Of a DNA stretch of 64,000 bases, positions 10,308 to 20,900 are shown one piece after another. Both the position numbers and the translations under genes were made by a program. Positions within the stretch are counted from its first letter, which is position 1. Each line of letters starts with the position of its first letter. The notes beneath the pieces were generated by a model, which saw nothing but the letters and a program-made list of their open reading frames with translations, was not told the DNA's origin and made no database searches. Source of the stretch: Candidatus Thorarchaeota archaeon (GTDB taxonomy: Archaea > Asgardarchaeota > Thorarchaeia > Thorarchaeales > Thorarchaeaceae); assembly GCA_048882325.1 (NCBI GenBank), contig JBHLRS010000001.1:85557-149556 (forward strand), read 5' to 3'.

Positions 10308-10844
10308 TTACACCCCTTCTAGATGCTCTTTGATTAGTCCCTGAGCAATGAGATCAAACATATCTGAAATTCCCTCACCCGTTTTTGCTGAAACCTCTAC
10401 ACAATGAGCACCATAATTCTGTGCGAACACTACTCCGTCCTCGTATGACACACCAGAACCATTCTCTCGTTCATCAGTTTTGTTTCCGACAAGGAGAATC
10501 TTGCTATCTGGGGCACTCTCTTTGAGCCGATCAATCCAATCTGTTAGTCGACCTAAGGAATATGACCGATTGACATCATAGACTGCAATGGCATACTTTG
10601 ATCCCCTGAAATAATCTGACACGACATCACGAAACCGTGGCTGTCCTCCAAGATCCCAAATCATTAGGGTTAGAGTAGAGCCATTTGACTCGATTTTCTT
10701 TGATGCGAAATTTGCACCTATGGTGAGTCTCATGTTATCATCAAAACGGTCTTCCGTATATCGGAGGGTAATGCTGGTTTTACCAACGCCGCCCTCACCG
10801 ATTATCACCGTTTTGAAGACTGGAGCTCTAGTTGTGTTAATCAT
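10308..10844 (-). CDS. Rab-like small GTPase (Ras superfamily)
   Basis: G1 GEGGVGKT, G2 TIG, G3 WDLGGQ, G4 NKTD, G5 SAK. Start placed at ATG 10844 (GAGGT upstream, overlaps upstream stop as ATGATTAA). No C-terminal Cys. Confidence 0.92.
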   Translation of the reverse strand: MINTTRAPVFKTVIIGEGGVGKTSITLRYTEDRFDDNMRLTIGANFASKKIESNGSTLTLMIWDLGGQPRFRDVVSDYFRGSKYAIAVYDVNRSYSLGRLTDWIDRLKESAPDSKILLVGNKTDERENGSGVSYEDGVVFAQNYGAHCVEVSAKTGEGISDMFDLIAQGLIKEHLEGV

Positions 10845-11658
10845 TGGCTTTACCTCTGGTTTCTTTTCCTTCGACAGTGTTGACAGACCAAAGAATCTCC
10901 CCTCCAGAACGAAGTAGGATTCTTTTGGCATCTCTGTATCTTTCAATGAATTCATCATTGTCAGATAGCAAAACATGAGCAAGTCTCTCAAGCAATACTG
11001 AGAATGACACACTATCTATTGCTGATGCGTTCATTTGGTTCACGAGTTTTTCGAGGGCATTGAATAGTACCATGTCTTGTTCCAGAATCAGATTAGTCAG
11101 TTCTTTACAGTCCTCTTCCGAAGGCTCAATTCCCCAACCATTCTGTAAGAAATCAATACAGGGATATGGGCTATCAGTGGAGAATTTTGGTCGATGGTAG
11201 ATGAAGAACCGAGCTACTGATCGAAACTGCAACCCTCTTGTCCTCTTCTTCCTGCCATCATCGTCAAACTCTGATGGGGGATCTTGTTCAACGAGATCCT
11301 GTTCTTCCAACTTCTGGAGATGATAATAACACTGATGACTAGTGATTTTGAGCTCTGGGTACTTGTTTTCAAGTTCCTCAACAATTTCCGGGACTGTCAA
11401 CCAATATCTTTGGATTGGTCTCCTCACCTCTACCGAATGAGTGAGTCCAGTACCATCGTCAAGTGTCTGTACCTCTGTTGTGACCTCAGTTTCAAAATCA
11501 TTAATTCCGGCAGAGAGGACCCGAATGATGTGCTTACGAATTGGATGGTGGAGTGATTCCTTCTGCTCATCATGTTCAATCAGAAGCAGCGTTCTTGGAC
11601 TGCTTTCTGCTTGACTGATAAGAGTTGTTTCATCCACATTAATTCCCACGGTTATCAC
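10837..11658 (-). CDS. Winged-helix (ArsR-like) transcription regulator
   Basis: 'SLHHPIRKHIIRVL...TVPEIVEEL...CYYHLQKLEEQDLVEQ'; strongly similar to the N-terminus of 11827..13671. Confidence 0.7.
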   Translation of the reverse strand: MITVGINVDETTLISQAESSPRTLLLIEHDEQKESLHHPIRKHIIRVLSAGINDFETEVTTEVQTLDDGTGLTHSVEVRRPIQRYWLTVPEIVEELENKYPELKITSHQCYYHLQKLEEQDLVEQDPPSEFDDDGRKKRTRGLQFRSVARFFIYHRPKFSTDSPYPCIDFLQNGWGIEPSEEDCKELTNLILEQDMVLFNALEKLVNQMNASAIDSVSFSVLLERLAHVLLSDNDEFIERYRDAKRILLRSGGEILWSVNTVEGKETRGKAND

Positions 11659-11669
11659 TTCATTCTGTC

Positions 11670-11689
11670 AACACTTGCTGTCAAGTGTT
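11670..11689. promoter_or_regulatory. Perfect inverted repeat, candidate operator between divergent wHTH genes
   Basis: AACACTTG-CTGT-CAAGTGTT, beside AT-rich TATA-like tracts (11720-11790). Confidence 0.5.
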
Positions 11690-11826
11690 ATTGTAACGAG
11701 TTGCAATAAAAAAATAACAGTATTTAAATCTATTTCATTAGTAAGAATAATTAATATAGTAAATCACAATAACCAAATCTTTTAAGTTTGGACAAATACA
11801 CGTTATAATCAGAGAGGAGAACTTCC

Positions 11827-13671
11827 TTGGATAGTAAACTTGCAGCGCTCCCAGAATTTCCTGACACACAAAGGAGGGACTTCATGGTTCTTGAAACTCC
11901 CGATCAAAAGGAGTCTCTCTACCACGCACTAAGACTCGAGATTCTCCGGGCACTGAGTACTGGTGTTGAGGATTTTGAAACAGAAGTGAGGAAGAATGAG
12001 AAAGAACTTGATGATGGGACTTTGATCTTGGAAGAGGTAACAATTCGAAAGCCATCCCAAAGATATTGGATGAGTGTTCATGAGGTTCTTGAGGCTATCG
12101 CAAAAACCAAACCAGATCTCAAAATCTCTAACTACAACTGTTACTATCATCTCAGGAAATTACGAAACCAGGGATTGGTTGAGCAGTATCCTCCTCCCAA
12201 ACGAGGTAGAAAGGGAGATAGAAAAAGAGTCCGCGGGATGTTCTTTAGAACAACAGCGAGGTTCTTCGTACCAACCACCTTTGAGATATCTCCTGATTTA
12301 GCGGAGCAAGATGTCCTACCTCCTGAAGTGACGGAGAAAGCCGTTCAACTCGCACAAAAGGTCAAAGAAACCGGGAGGGCTGATGCCTACGAATATCAGA
12401 TAAAGATTGGAAGGACTACGTATTGGTTTTCAGTCACAATGAGTCTTCATGATGATGGTGAAAGTATTGTTTCAGTAGTCCGAGACATAACGAAACAGAG
12501 GAATACCCAAGAGGCATTAAGACAAAGTCAGGAACGACTTGATCTTGCACTCAAGGGTGCTGATCTCGCGCCTTGGGACTGGTTGCATACAGCTAAACGA
12601 ATGACGTTCAGTGATCGGTATGCTGAAATGTTGGGATTTAGTCTTAACGAATTGAAGGTGTATGCTGATAAGTGGGAGGAATTAATTCATCCTGATGATC
12701 TGGAAACAGTGCTACAGAAGTGGGATGATCATCTGGAGAGAAGAACACCATCTTACTCCTCTGAACATCGAATGATGACTAAACACGGACATTACATCTG
12801 GGTTTTAGATAGAGGTAGAGTTGTCGAAAGAGATGAAGATGGCAATCCTGTCAGGTCTGCTGGAACAATGCTTGATGTCACTCATGAGAAAGTTGTACTT
12901 CAAGCCCTGGATCAAAGCGAGGAACGATATCGAAGGCTTGTAAATGATTCCAATCAAGGTATAGCCATATTCGTTGCAGGCAATCTTGTCTTTGCCAACA
13001 CTGCATACACAGAAACAGTTGGTAGACCTCTGAGGGATTTACTTGAGATGACTCCTGAGAGTATTTGGAATATTGTACATCCAGATGATAGACCAGAGTT
13101 GGAACGAAGGAATGAAGAGATCGTTTCTGGAGCAAAATCGCTTCCACATTACAGATTCAGATACATACGCCCTAATGGCGAGGAGCGATGGGTAGACTCC
13201 TATGCCAAAGTCGTTGATCATGATGGCCGAAGAGCCTTACAGGTTCTTGAGGTTGATGTCACTGAGCAATACAAGGCAGAGAATGAATTGCGAGAGAGTG
13301 AGCGACGTTTCAAAAGCGTCTTCGAGCTGTCACCTATCGGTATCATTCTATTAGATCAACAAGGAAAAATCATTCAGCTCAACCAGGCGGCTAAGGATAT
13401 CTTGGGCGTGTCTGATCCTAAGGATTATGAGAATTATAGCTTGGAGGCAGACCAGAATATTCCTCCAACAGTTTTGATCGATATACGAGAGGGCGATGTA
13501 AACAGGTTTGAAGTCGATTATGATCTACAAAAAGCAGGTCTCAAGTCAAAGAGGAGAGAACCAATTAGATTACAAGTTATCGGGATTGCATTGAATGTAT
13601 CAGATGATGGGACTGTCAATACATATCTCGCGCAGATTTTGGATGTTGGCAAAACCGAGAATCAGAGTTAG
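11827..13671 (+). CDS. One-component regulator: wHTH plus tandem PAS/PAC domains
   Basis: N-terminal wHTH (CYYHLRKL). PAS hallmarks WEELIHPDD, IVHPDD, FRYIRPNGEERWV, FELSPIGI. No kinase domain. Confidence 0.85.
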   Translation: MDSKLAALPEFPDTQRRDFMVLETPDQKESLYHALRLEILRALSTGVEDFETEVRKNEKELDDGTLILEEVTIRKPSQRYWMSVHEVLEAIAKTKPDLKISNYNCYYHLRKLRNQGLVEQYPPPKRGRKGDRKRVRGMFFRTTARFFVPTTFEISPDLAEQDVLPPEVTEKAVQLAQKVKETGRADAYEYQIKIGRTTYWFSVTMSLHDDGESIVSVVRDITKQRNTQEALRQSQERLDLALKGADLAPWDWLHTAKRMTFSDRYAEMLGFSLNELKVYADKWEELIHPDDLETVLQKWDDHLERRTPSYSSEHRMMTKHGHYIWVLDRGRVVERDEDGNPVRSAGTMLDVTHEKVVLQALDQSEERYRRLVNDSNQGIAIFVAGNLVFANTAYTETVGRPLRDLLEMTPESIWNIVHPDDRPELERRNEEIVSGAKSLPHYRFRYIRPNGEERWVDSYAKVVDHDGRRALQVLEVDVTEQYKAENELRESERRFKSVFELSPIGIILLDQQGKIIQLNQAAKDILGVSDPKDYENYSLEADQNIPPTVLIDIREGDVNRFEVDYDLQKAGLKSKRREPIRLQVIGIALNVSDDGTVNTYLAQILDVGKTENQS

Positions 13672-13675
13672 ATAT

Positions 13676-14212
13676 TCACACTATGTATAGATAGATTGAT
13701 TCATCCTCATTAGTCTTTACTGGTTCCCATCCCTCAAGGATGAACCGGTATGATACAACACGAGTTCCTGTTCTTAGTTCTCCTGCAAGTTTCTCTCTTA
13801 TCTTCTTGTTAATCTCATGCCCTTGATACAATGTGACCACAGTTGCATCCTCAAGACTCACCTTGAAGAAATTGGCTCTTAGAACTTTCACTTTTTCGCT
13901 TAGACCATGACGTCGTATTGAAAAGCGTGACCAGAACAGACGAACAGGATCAATTTCGATTCCAATTGACTTTGCACCAAACTCCATAGCCGCCATGACA
14001 ATTATTCGCCCATCTCCTGAGCCAAGGTCATACAATAAATCGTCCTGACCTACCTCAGCAATCTCAAGCATGGCTCTGACTTTCTTTTTTGGGGTTGGTA
14101 CCCAAGGCGCACCAATTACACCTGACCATGCAATCCAGATAACAAATACAATGAGAATGAGCTCAATTCCGAGGATGAAGAGAACTTGTTCAAATGTCAT
14201 TTCCAAACACAT
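13676..14212 (-). CDS. Class I SAM-dependent methyltransferase, FAM173-like, with N-terminal TM helix
   Basis: APWVPT, DLGSGDGR, GIEID, RVVSYRF. Confidence 0.8.
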   Translation of the reverse strand: MCLEMTFEQVLFILGIELILIVFVIWIAWSGVIGAPWVPTPKKKVRAMLEIAEVGQDDLLYDLGSGDGRIIVMAAMEFGAKSIGIEIDPVRLFWSRFSIRRHGLSEKVKVLRANFFKVSLEDATVVTLYQGHEINKKIREKLAGELRTGTRVVSYRFILEGWEPVKTNEDESIYLYIV

Positions 14213-14348
14213 CTCGTCGGGACAGAGTAGTACTTCTTTCTTCCGTAGGATGGATTACTTGATAGATTCTGTATGGTTCCCTAAGTTACATGAATGATGT
14301 TCAATGCGAGTGAAAGGTTGCCAAAATACTCTCCATTCACTCTTCATT

Positions 14349-16160
14349 CTACTGAATCCTGTGCCTTTTTCTGAACCGGTCAATAGCGTCATGTCCCAAT
14401 CTGCCAACAGCCTTGTCCATATTGTCCTTCCTTATTCTGACCATTGATGGACGCCCATGACAACATGTATACGTACCCTGGGTTTTGGAGAACTCTTCTA
14501 TAAGATTACGAATTTCTTCAACACTCATTGTCTGACCAGATCTGATTGCTGAATGACAGGCTGTGAGTTTCACAAGCTCATCCATAAATGAGTCTCGCGC
14601 TTCATCGATTCCAATTGTCACAATTTGATCTATGAGTGAGATGAGTTCGATCTCCGAGGCCATTCGCCCAAAGATTTCAGGCACAGCGGCAACCGAAACC
14701 TCATTGCCACCAAAACTCGAGAACGAAAAACCGAGGTCCTCAAGAGTGTCAACAAGTTCAAGAATCCGCTCCGTGTCGTTAGGACTCAAGCTTAATACAA
14801 ACGGCTCTAGTAGTTCTTGAATCGCTACTCTGTTTTCATTGACTTCTCTTCTCAGCTGTTCATAGAGCACTCTCTCATGAGCTGCGTGCTGGTCTATGAT
14901 TAAGAGCCCTTCTTCATATTCAAGAAGGATATAGAGTTGGTGAATTTGACCTATGATTCTGAATACACCGCCTAACAGACTTACAGGGTCTTCATCATCA
15001 CCAATCTGAGTTAGTGGTTCAAGGATGGTCTGTTCTATCAATGGTACCGTCCTGAGGCTTGTTTCACCAACACCTTTTGACGTGGATGTCTTTGACTCTC
15101 CGTTTTGCTTGTTGCTATCATATTGGTCCTCTTCTAAGAACTCTTCCAATGTCTGGCTCTCATCTTGTGAAACATCCACACCCAATGCATCTCTCACAGC
15201 TTTGGTGACTATGGAACTCACTTTTTCAAGATTCAGGATTCTTACCTCTCGTTTGGTGGGGTGTACATTAACATCAACATCACCAGCATTCATCGCGATA
15301 TCAAGTGAGCACACGGGATATTGTCCCTTCATGAGCATTGTTGAGTATGCTGATTCAACAGCCAGACTCAAACGCTCATCTGCTATCGGTCTCTTCATTA
15401 CTGCAAAGTATTCGCGAGATCTATTTCCTCTCGACACTGGAGGCATCGCAACAAATCCCTCTACCCACACGCCTGCATCTGAATAGTATACCTCGACCAG
15501 TCCTTTAGCTACATCGCTACCCCACAGGTAAGTTATCCTGTCAATGGAGTTTTGAGTTGGAGGGCAATCGATTACGACTTTCTCATCTCTGGTCAGTCTG
15601 AATCCAACATCTGTTCGGATGACTGCATGTTTCATGATGACTTCCAGAATACGCTGTCCCTCAACCTTTGCACTCGCGAGATGCTTTCGTCTTGCAGGAA
15701 TCTTCTTGAATAAGTCCTGCACTTCAACCGTAGTTCCGATGGGTCTGGATGAATCGGTTATTGTGGGGCTTTCTCCAGCTCTCGAAACGATGAGTGTACC
15801 TACATCTTCATCTGTAGTCTGAGTGGTTATTCTTAATTCTGCCACTGAAGCAATGCTTGCAAGAGCTTCTCCCCTGAACCCGTATGTAGAAATCGCATCA
15901 ATATCCTTCTTGGTTTCAATTTTACTTGTCGAGTGTCTTGCGAGACAAACCTCACAGTCACTTCTTGCGATACCAGACCCATTGTCTGAGACTACTATCT
16001 TGTCTATTCCTCCACCTTCAATGATAATGTCAATCATATCTGTTCCTGCATCTAGTGAGTTTTCAATGAGTTCCTTAACAATCGAAGATGGATTTTCAAT
16101 TACTTCTCCAGCTGATATAAGCGAAACCAATTCCTCGCTCAGGACTTTTATCTTTCCCAC
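14349..16160 (-). CDS. mutL: DNA mismatch repair endonuclease MutL
   Basis: ISAGEVIENP, ENSLDAG, GFRGEALASI, DVNVHPTK, DQHAAHER, ACH, CCHGRP. Confidence 0.97.
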   Translation of the reverse strand: MGKIKVLSEELVSLISAGEVIENPSSIVKELIENSLDAGTDMIDIIIEGGGIDKIVVSDNGSGIARSDCEVCLARHSTSKIETKKDIDAISTYGFRGEALASIASVAELRITTQTTDEDVGTLIVSRAGESPTITDSSRPIGTTVEVQDLFKKIPARRKHLASAKVEGQRILEVIMKHAVIRTDVGFRLTRDEKVVIDCPPTQNSIDRITYLWGSDVAKGLVEVYYSDAGVWVEGFVAMPPVSRGNRSREYFAVMKRPIADERLSLAVESAYSTMLMKGQYPVCSLDIAMNAGDVDVNVHPTKREVRILNLEKVSSIVTKAVRDALGVDVSQDESQTLEEFLEEDQYDSNKQNGESKTSTSKGVGETSLRTVPLIEQTILEPLTQIGDDEDPVSLLGGVFRIIGQIHQLYILLEYEEGLLIIDQHAAHERVLYEQLRREVNENRVAIQELLEPFVLSLSPNDTERILELVDTLEDLGFSFSSFGGNEVSVAAVPEIFGRMASEIELISLIDQIVTIGIDEARDSFMDELVKLTACHSAIRSGQTMSVEEIRNLIEEFSKTQGTYTCCHGRPSMVRIRKDNMDKAVGRLGHDAIDRFRKRHRIQ

Positions 16161-16169
16161 TGCAACACC

Positions 16170-17750
16170 TCACGTACCTAGCGAAGAGTGTTCAACGATT
16201 CCTCCGACAACAGTCATTTCAATATCTATCTCAATAATCCTGTCTGGTGCCACTTCCAGAATGTTCTCAGAAAGCACGACAAAGTCTGCTCTCTTACCTA
16301 CTGTGATACTCCCTAGAGTATTTTCTTGAAAGACCGAGTATGCGCTCTCCATCGTGTAGCATCGAAGTGCCTCCTCTACAGTCAATCTGACTCTATCATT
16401 TTTATGTGTCACCGCAGACCAGATTCCGTATAATGGACTATAGGGCATACCATCTGAACCGAAACAGACCCTGGCTCCATTGTCGAGAGCCACTCGAAAC
16501 ATGTTCATACCACGGACTCGTTCCTCATCAAACCTGTCGTCATAGAGACCTCCTGGTTGTTGCCATCTTCCAACGAAATTGGGCTGCATCGAAAGAATAA
16601 GGCCAAGCCCTACTGCTCTACGAATCTGATATTCATTGATCATCTCTGCATGTTCGATTCTATGTCTCTGCTCTCTCAATATACTCTTGTCTGGCAGCTT
16701 TTCAAAAGTAGAGATAACCATCTCGAGTGCTTCATCACCAATTGCATGTGTGACTGTCTGGATGTTATTTGCTACTGCCTTTTTGATAACCGCCTCATAC
16801 TCATCCTGAGGAAACAAAAGCATTCCTTTGTTTTTGGGGTCGTCGTTGTATCCTTTTGAAACAAAAGCAGTCTTCGCGCCAATGGATCCATCTGTGAAGA
16901 TTTTAACTCCTCCAATCCTAACCATTGGACTCCCCATCCCAGACGTTAAACCTAGTTCAATCATGTGGTCGATTTGATCTACAGGTATGTTCACGATCAT
17001 GCGAGTGGAAAGTTGATGTTTTGTTTCTATCTCACGAATATGTCTGAGTGTCCCACTTGAAGCATTGTCAATAACGGTAGTGATGCCTTTTTCATTTGCA
17101 ATTTTATTGCCAACCTTGACCCCCTCCTCAATCTGTTCGCCTGTAGGCTTGACCTTCTCCCAGACTTCATCAATGTCTTTCAGAATTCCCGTTGGTCTTC
17201 CAAGTTTATCTCGCTGAACTCCCTTTTGCTTCAGGTCTATGTTGAGCTTCTTGAGACCGATGATGTTCACCGTCGCAAGATGCCCACACACTCGAGTAAC
17301 CATTATTGGATGATCTTTACTGACAGGATCTAGATCTTTTGCTGTTATGTATCTCTTCTCAGTCCATGTACTCTCGTCCCAGTTATAGCCGAGAATCCAC
17401 TCGCCTTTGGGATATTTGGGAACTGCTCCTTTTAGAAATTCTACAGCTTCTTCAACAGATCCAACCTTGCCCAGTTGAACATGAGGTGCTTTTATTCCTG
17501 CACTAGTCAAATGGGTGTGTGCATCAATGAATCCTGGGATTACAGTCTTCCCACCGAGATCGATAACCCTTTTTGCATTGGGAATAAGGTCCATCACTTC
17601 CTCTTCCCCTCCCACCGCGAGTACCTTATAGCTCTTTACTGCAAGCGCATTCGCTGTGGGTTTTTGTGCATCCATCGTAATGATATTGCCATTGAAGACA
17701 ACTAGGTCAGCTTCCACCTTCATATCAGACACGACCACATTTGGAATCAT
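16170..17750 (-). CDS. YtcJ-like amidohydrolase (amidohydrolase 3)
   Basis: PGFIDAHTH, KIFTDGS, HAIGD, HRIEHA, GSD. Confidence 0.9.
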   Translation of the reverse strand: MIPNVVVSDMKVEADLVVFNGNIITMDAQKPTANALAVKSYKVLAVGGEEEVMDLIPNAKRVIDLGGKTVIPGFIDAHTHLTSAGIKAPHVQLGKVGSVEEAVEFLKGAVPKYPKGEWILGYNWDESTWTEKRYITAKDLDPVSKDHPIMVTRVCGHLATVNIIGLKKLNIDLKQKGVQRDKLGRPTGILKDIDEVWEKVKPTGEQIEEGVKVGNKIANEKGITTVIDNASSGTLRHIREIETKHQLSTRMIVNIPVDQIDHMIELGLTSGMGSPMVRIGGVKIFTDGSIGAKTAFVSKGYNDDPKNKGMLLFPQDEYEAVIKKAVANNIQTVTHAIGDEALEMVISTFEKLPDKSILREQRHRIEHAEMINEYQIRRAVGLGLILSMQPNFVGRWQQPGGLYDDRFDEERVRGMNMFRVALDNGARVCFGSDGMPYSPLYGIWSAVTHKNDRVRLTVEEALRCYTMESAYSVFQENTLGSITVGKRADFVVLSENILEVAPDRIIEIDIEMTVVGGIVEHSSLGT

Positions 17751-17825
17751 ATTGACATATCTTTCTTGTCATACGGGGCATCGCGAAAGGTCTTTTTTTT
17801 CGCACATTTCATCCAACATATCCTC

Positions 17826-17856
17826 ATATATATAAAAATATACTATTATAAATAGA
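17826..17856 (+). promoter_or_regulatory. AT-rich TATA-box region between divergent genes
   Basis: ATATATATAAAAATATACTATTATAAATAG; TTATAAAT at 17846-17853. Confidence 0.4.
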
Positions 17857-17963
17857 TAGACCATATTCATCAATGCCGCCGATTGCATATTCAGGTTTGT
17901 CTGATCCACCACCGCGTTCTACTGCGGAACTTGCATTTTGGCTGCATTTTGGAGATGATTCAG

Positions 17964-20900
17964 ATGCGATCAATGCGATTATTCAACAAGACGTTTACCT
18001 TGCTCATAGTGTCATTGTTCGTAGTTTCTTTTTCCATTGCTGGAAGCTCAGCAGCACTGCCTTCTCAAACCGTGGCAGGGAGCTCCGCAATCTTTCAACA
18101 ACCAATCGATGTTGTAGTTCCTGCAGACGAAGGAACCAATTTGGATTGGTATACAGATACTGGGAACTATAATGACACCTGGACTTGGTCAAACAACTAC
18201 TGGCTCTTTGGTCCTCGGGCGAACTATGAGCTCTTCTTCAACAATGGTTCACAGATTCATGATGATGATTATGTACCTATAAATGAAGAGATCACTTGGA
18301 GGATCAACATTCCAAAAAGTATTCTCCGAGGCGCAAGTATAGATAACGTATACATCAATGGATGGTATGTATCTCCTGACATGAATTTCAGTGCAAGTTT
18401 CGCTTTTGATTTCTACAATAGTACGCCTATAACCTGGTCAGCGAGTTCGTCAAGTGAGAACTATACAACAGGAGTCTTTGATTATACACCATATGTCGAA
18501 GTCAATGCTGGAGCTAGTTCCTTAACAAGTGACTCTTCAATGTATTATGTCAACTTCAAAGTTCGATTCCTTTCTTCTGCACCAATGGGACTCTACAATT
18601 CATATATCAACCTCTATGATCGTGATGGTAACTACTATGATGTTCGCTCTCGTTGGGCAACAGACATGATGATGTCTGAATACATGGCAGTCGGAATCCC
18701 ACGAAGTGAGGCGTGGACTTACTCATACTATGGTGGATATACCCTTGAGAAACAAGACCTGGCTGGTGATCAGATTTACAGTGTGAGTCGGGGTACTGAC
18801 TTCATGATGCGATTCAACATCACCGGAAATGGTGAGCTTGATTATGCCATGCTTTGGACCTACCTACCGACAGGTGATGTCAGAATTCCAATCAACAGGA
18901 CTGGATTTCATACAGAGATGATAACACACACTGGTGGCTGGGTCTTTGATCCTGCAATCCAAACTTATGTCTATAATAGTTCAATCCAATATACAGTCCC
19001 AGAAGGAGTCTATGGTGATTATATCGAATATGACTACTACTATGGCTCTGACTGGCGTGATTATGAATATCGATACATTATGTGGAACGAAACGTCAGGT
19101 ATGATGGAGGTCGAGAGTTATACAACCTCTCAAGAAATGAACCTGATGTACATCTACAACTTTACTTCCAATACCTTTGAGCTGCTATATGGCTTTCAGT
19201 ACTGGAGTTATCCTCTAGACTACTACCAACCAGATGTCTATGAGGAATATATTTGGTACCTTGAGCCCGTTGAGAATGCTCCACTCCAGATATATGCGTT
19301 GAATGACACTCTTAGCAATAAGTACGTCAACAATGGAATCATCAGCGTTGAGTTCGTTGGACACTTTACTGACCAAGCACCAAAAGGAGCAACCATCAAC
19401 TTCAATGATAGAGTTGTCAGCAAGGATGGCTATGAATTCAATGTTCTAGCTGATGACTATGGTAACGCTCCAATGACCTATCAAGAATATCTTGATGCAA
19501 AACAAGTTGCAGTGGAATCACCAGTTACAATTGCGAAGCTCTTGAAACAAGACCACTCCGATGTATATGGTTGGTTCTTCCCTGCTGACCCAGGTACACC
19601 TTTCGAGGTTCAGGGTCGACTTCAGGGTGGTGCTGATCTTGCAACTGATATCGATGGTGCGCTCTTCTCGATGAAGTCCTATGACAGCATCTGGACAGAA
19701 AATATGTACATGTACACTGACATGTACTATGAGATTCTCGTGGGGGCTGACAACAGTGTAACTTTCTCAGCCTACAACTATACTGCAATGGAAAACAGAA
19801 CGTTTGGCTACCACTGGGAGTGGCAGGAGGTCCAAGTAACCGACTGGCACTGGGAGTACAATGTTACAAGTGGTGAAACAGAGTGGGTCTACGGGGAATA
19901 CTGGACCTCAGAGGACGTCTGGGTTGAGGGTTGGTACTGGGAATGGTTCTACTTCAACCAAAAAGATGGTGAATGGGTCAGCTCTCAGGATTGGTATTGT
20001 AATGATGTTCGTTCTGAGATGACCAAAGTGAATATTGATTTTGCAGAGGTTATTGGTATCACCCATTACAATGCTGGTGGAGACCTTTACTACTCATTCC
20101 TCGTTAACTTGACTAATTCAGTCCGTGAGATTACTCACTGGTGGGATTTCAACTTTGCAAACAACACATGGGTCATTGATCCGTCATCCGGTACTGGTTT
20201 CCATGATGTTGCAGTTTGGAGACCTGGATGGGTCCACACCTTTGACTACATGGGTGAGGATGTGTTTGTTGAAATATCTTCCAAGATTGGTGTCTTCAAT
20301 AGCACTATTCCGGGCTCATCTGATTGGATGTCTGTTGATGAAGTCCCATACATCACAATTGATGGTGTTGACTACCCTATCAAGGTAAGAAACATCATGT
20401 ACCCATACTCATCTGAAACTGAACAAAGAATCATGTTCTGGGACAATGGTGGTGACTACTATGAGTTGCTGAACGGGACAAAAATCTACATTCAAGAGCA
20501 GCGAAGTGCTTTCTTTTACAATGTCACTATTCCTGGATACGGTTCCTTCATCTCTGCTCAGAAAGATTACATCTTTTGGGATGATGGTGTTAATGGGTGG
20601 TATAGCTGGTGGGATATTTATGGCAACATTCACCAAGGCACCGACTACATGATCTGGGGTTATAATGTGACTGTTGAATTCCTTGAAGCCTCTGACGCTA
20701 TTCGTGATGGCTACTACCTTCGTATTGGTGAAGCTAATGTGCTCAAGGTGAAGGACTACCCAATCAATGATCCGCGAACTGGCACTGTCTATGTCATCGA
20801 CGAATATGGAACTCGGTACGACATGACATATGATCCATACTCAGGATACTACTACATGGAATATGAGACCCTCCTGCAACGAGTTTCCTATGTGTCTGAG

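Noticed and set aside
10845-11012. 56-aa N-terminal extension of the GTPase in the ORF track
   Set aside because: It overlaps the upstream wHTH gene; ATG 10844 has an SD motif and gives a normal-sized GTPase.
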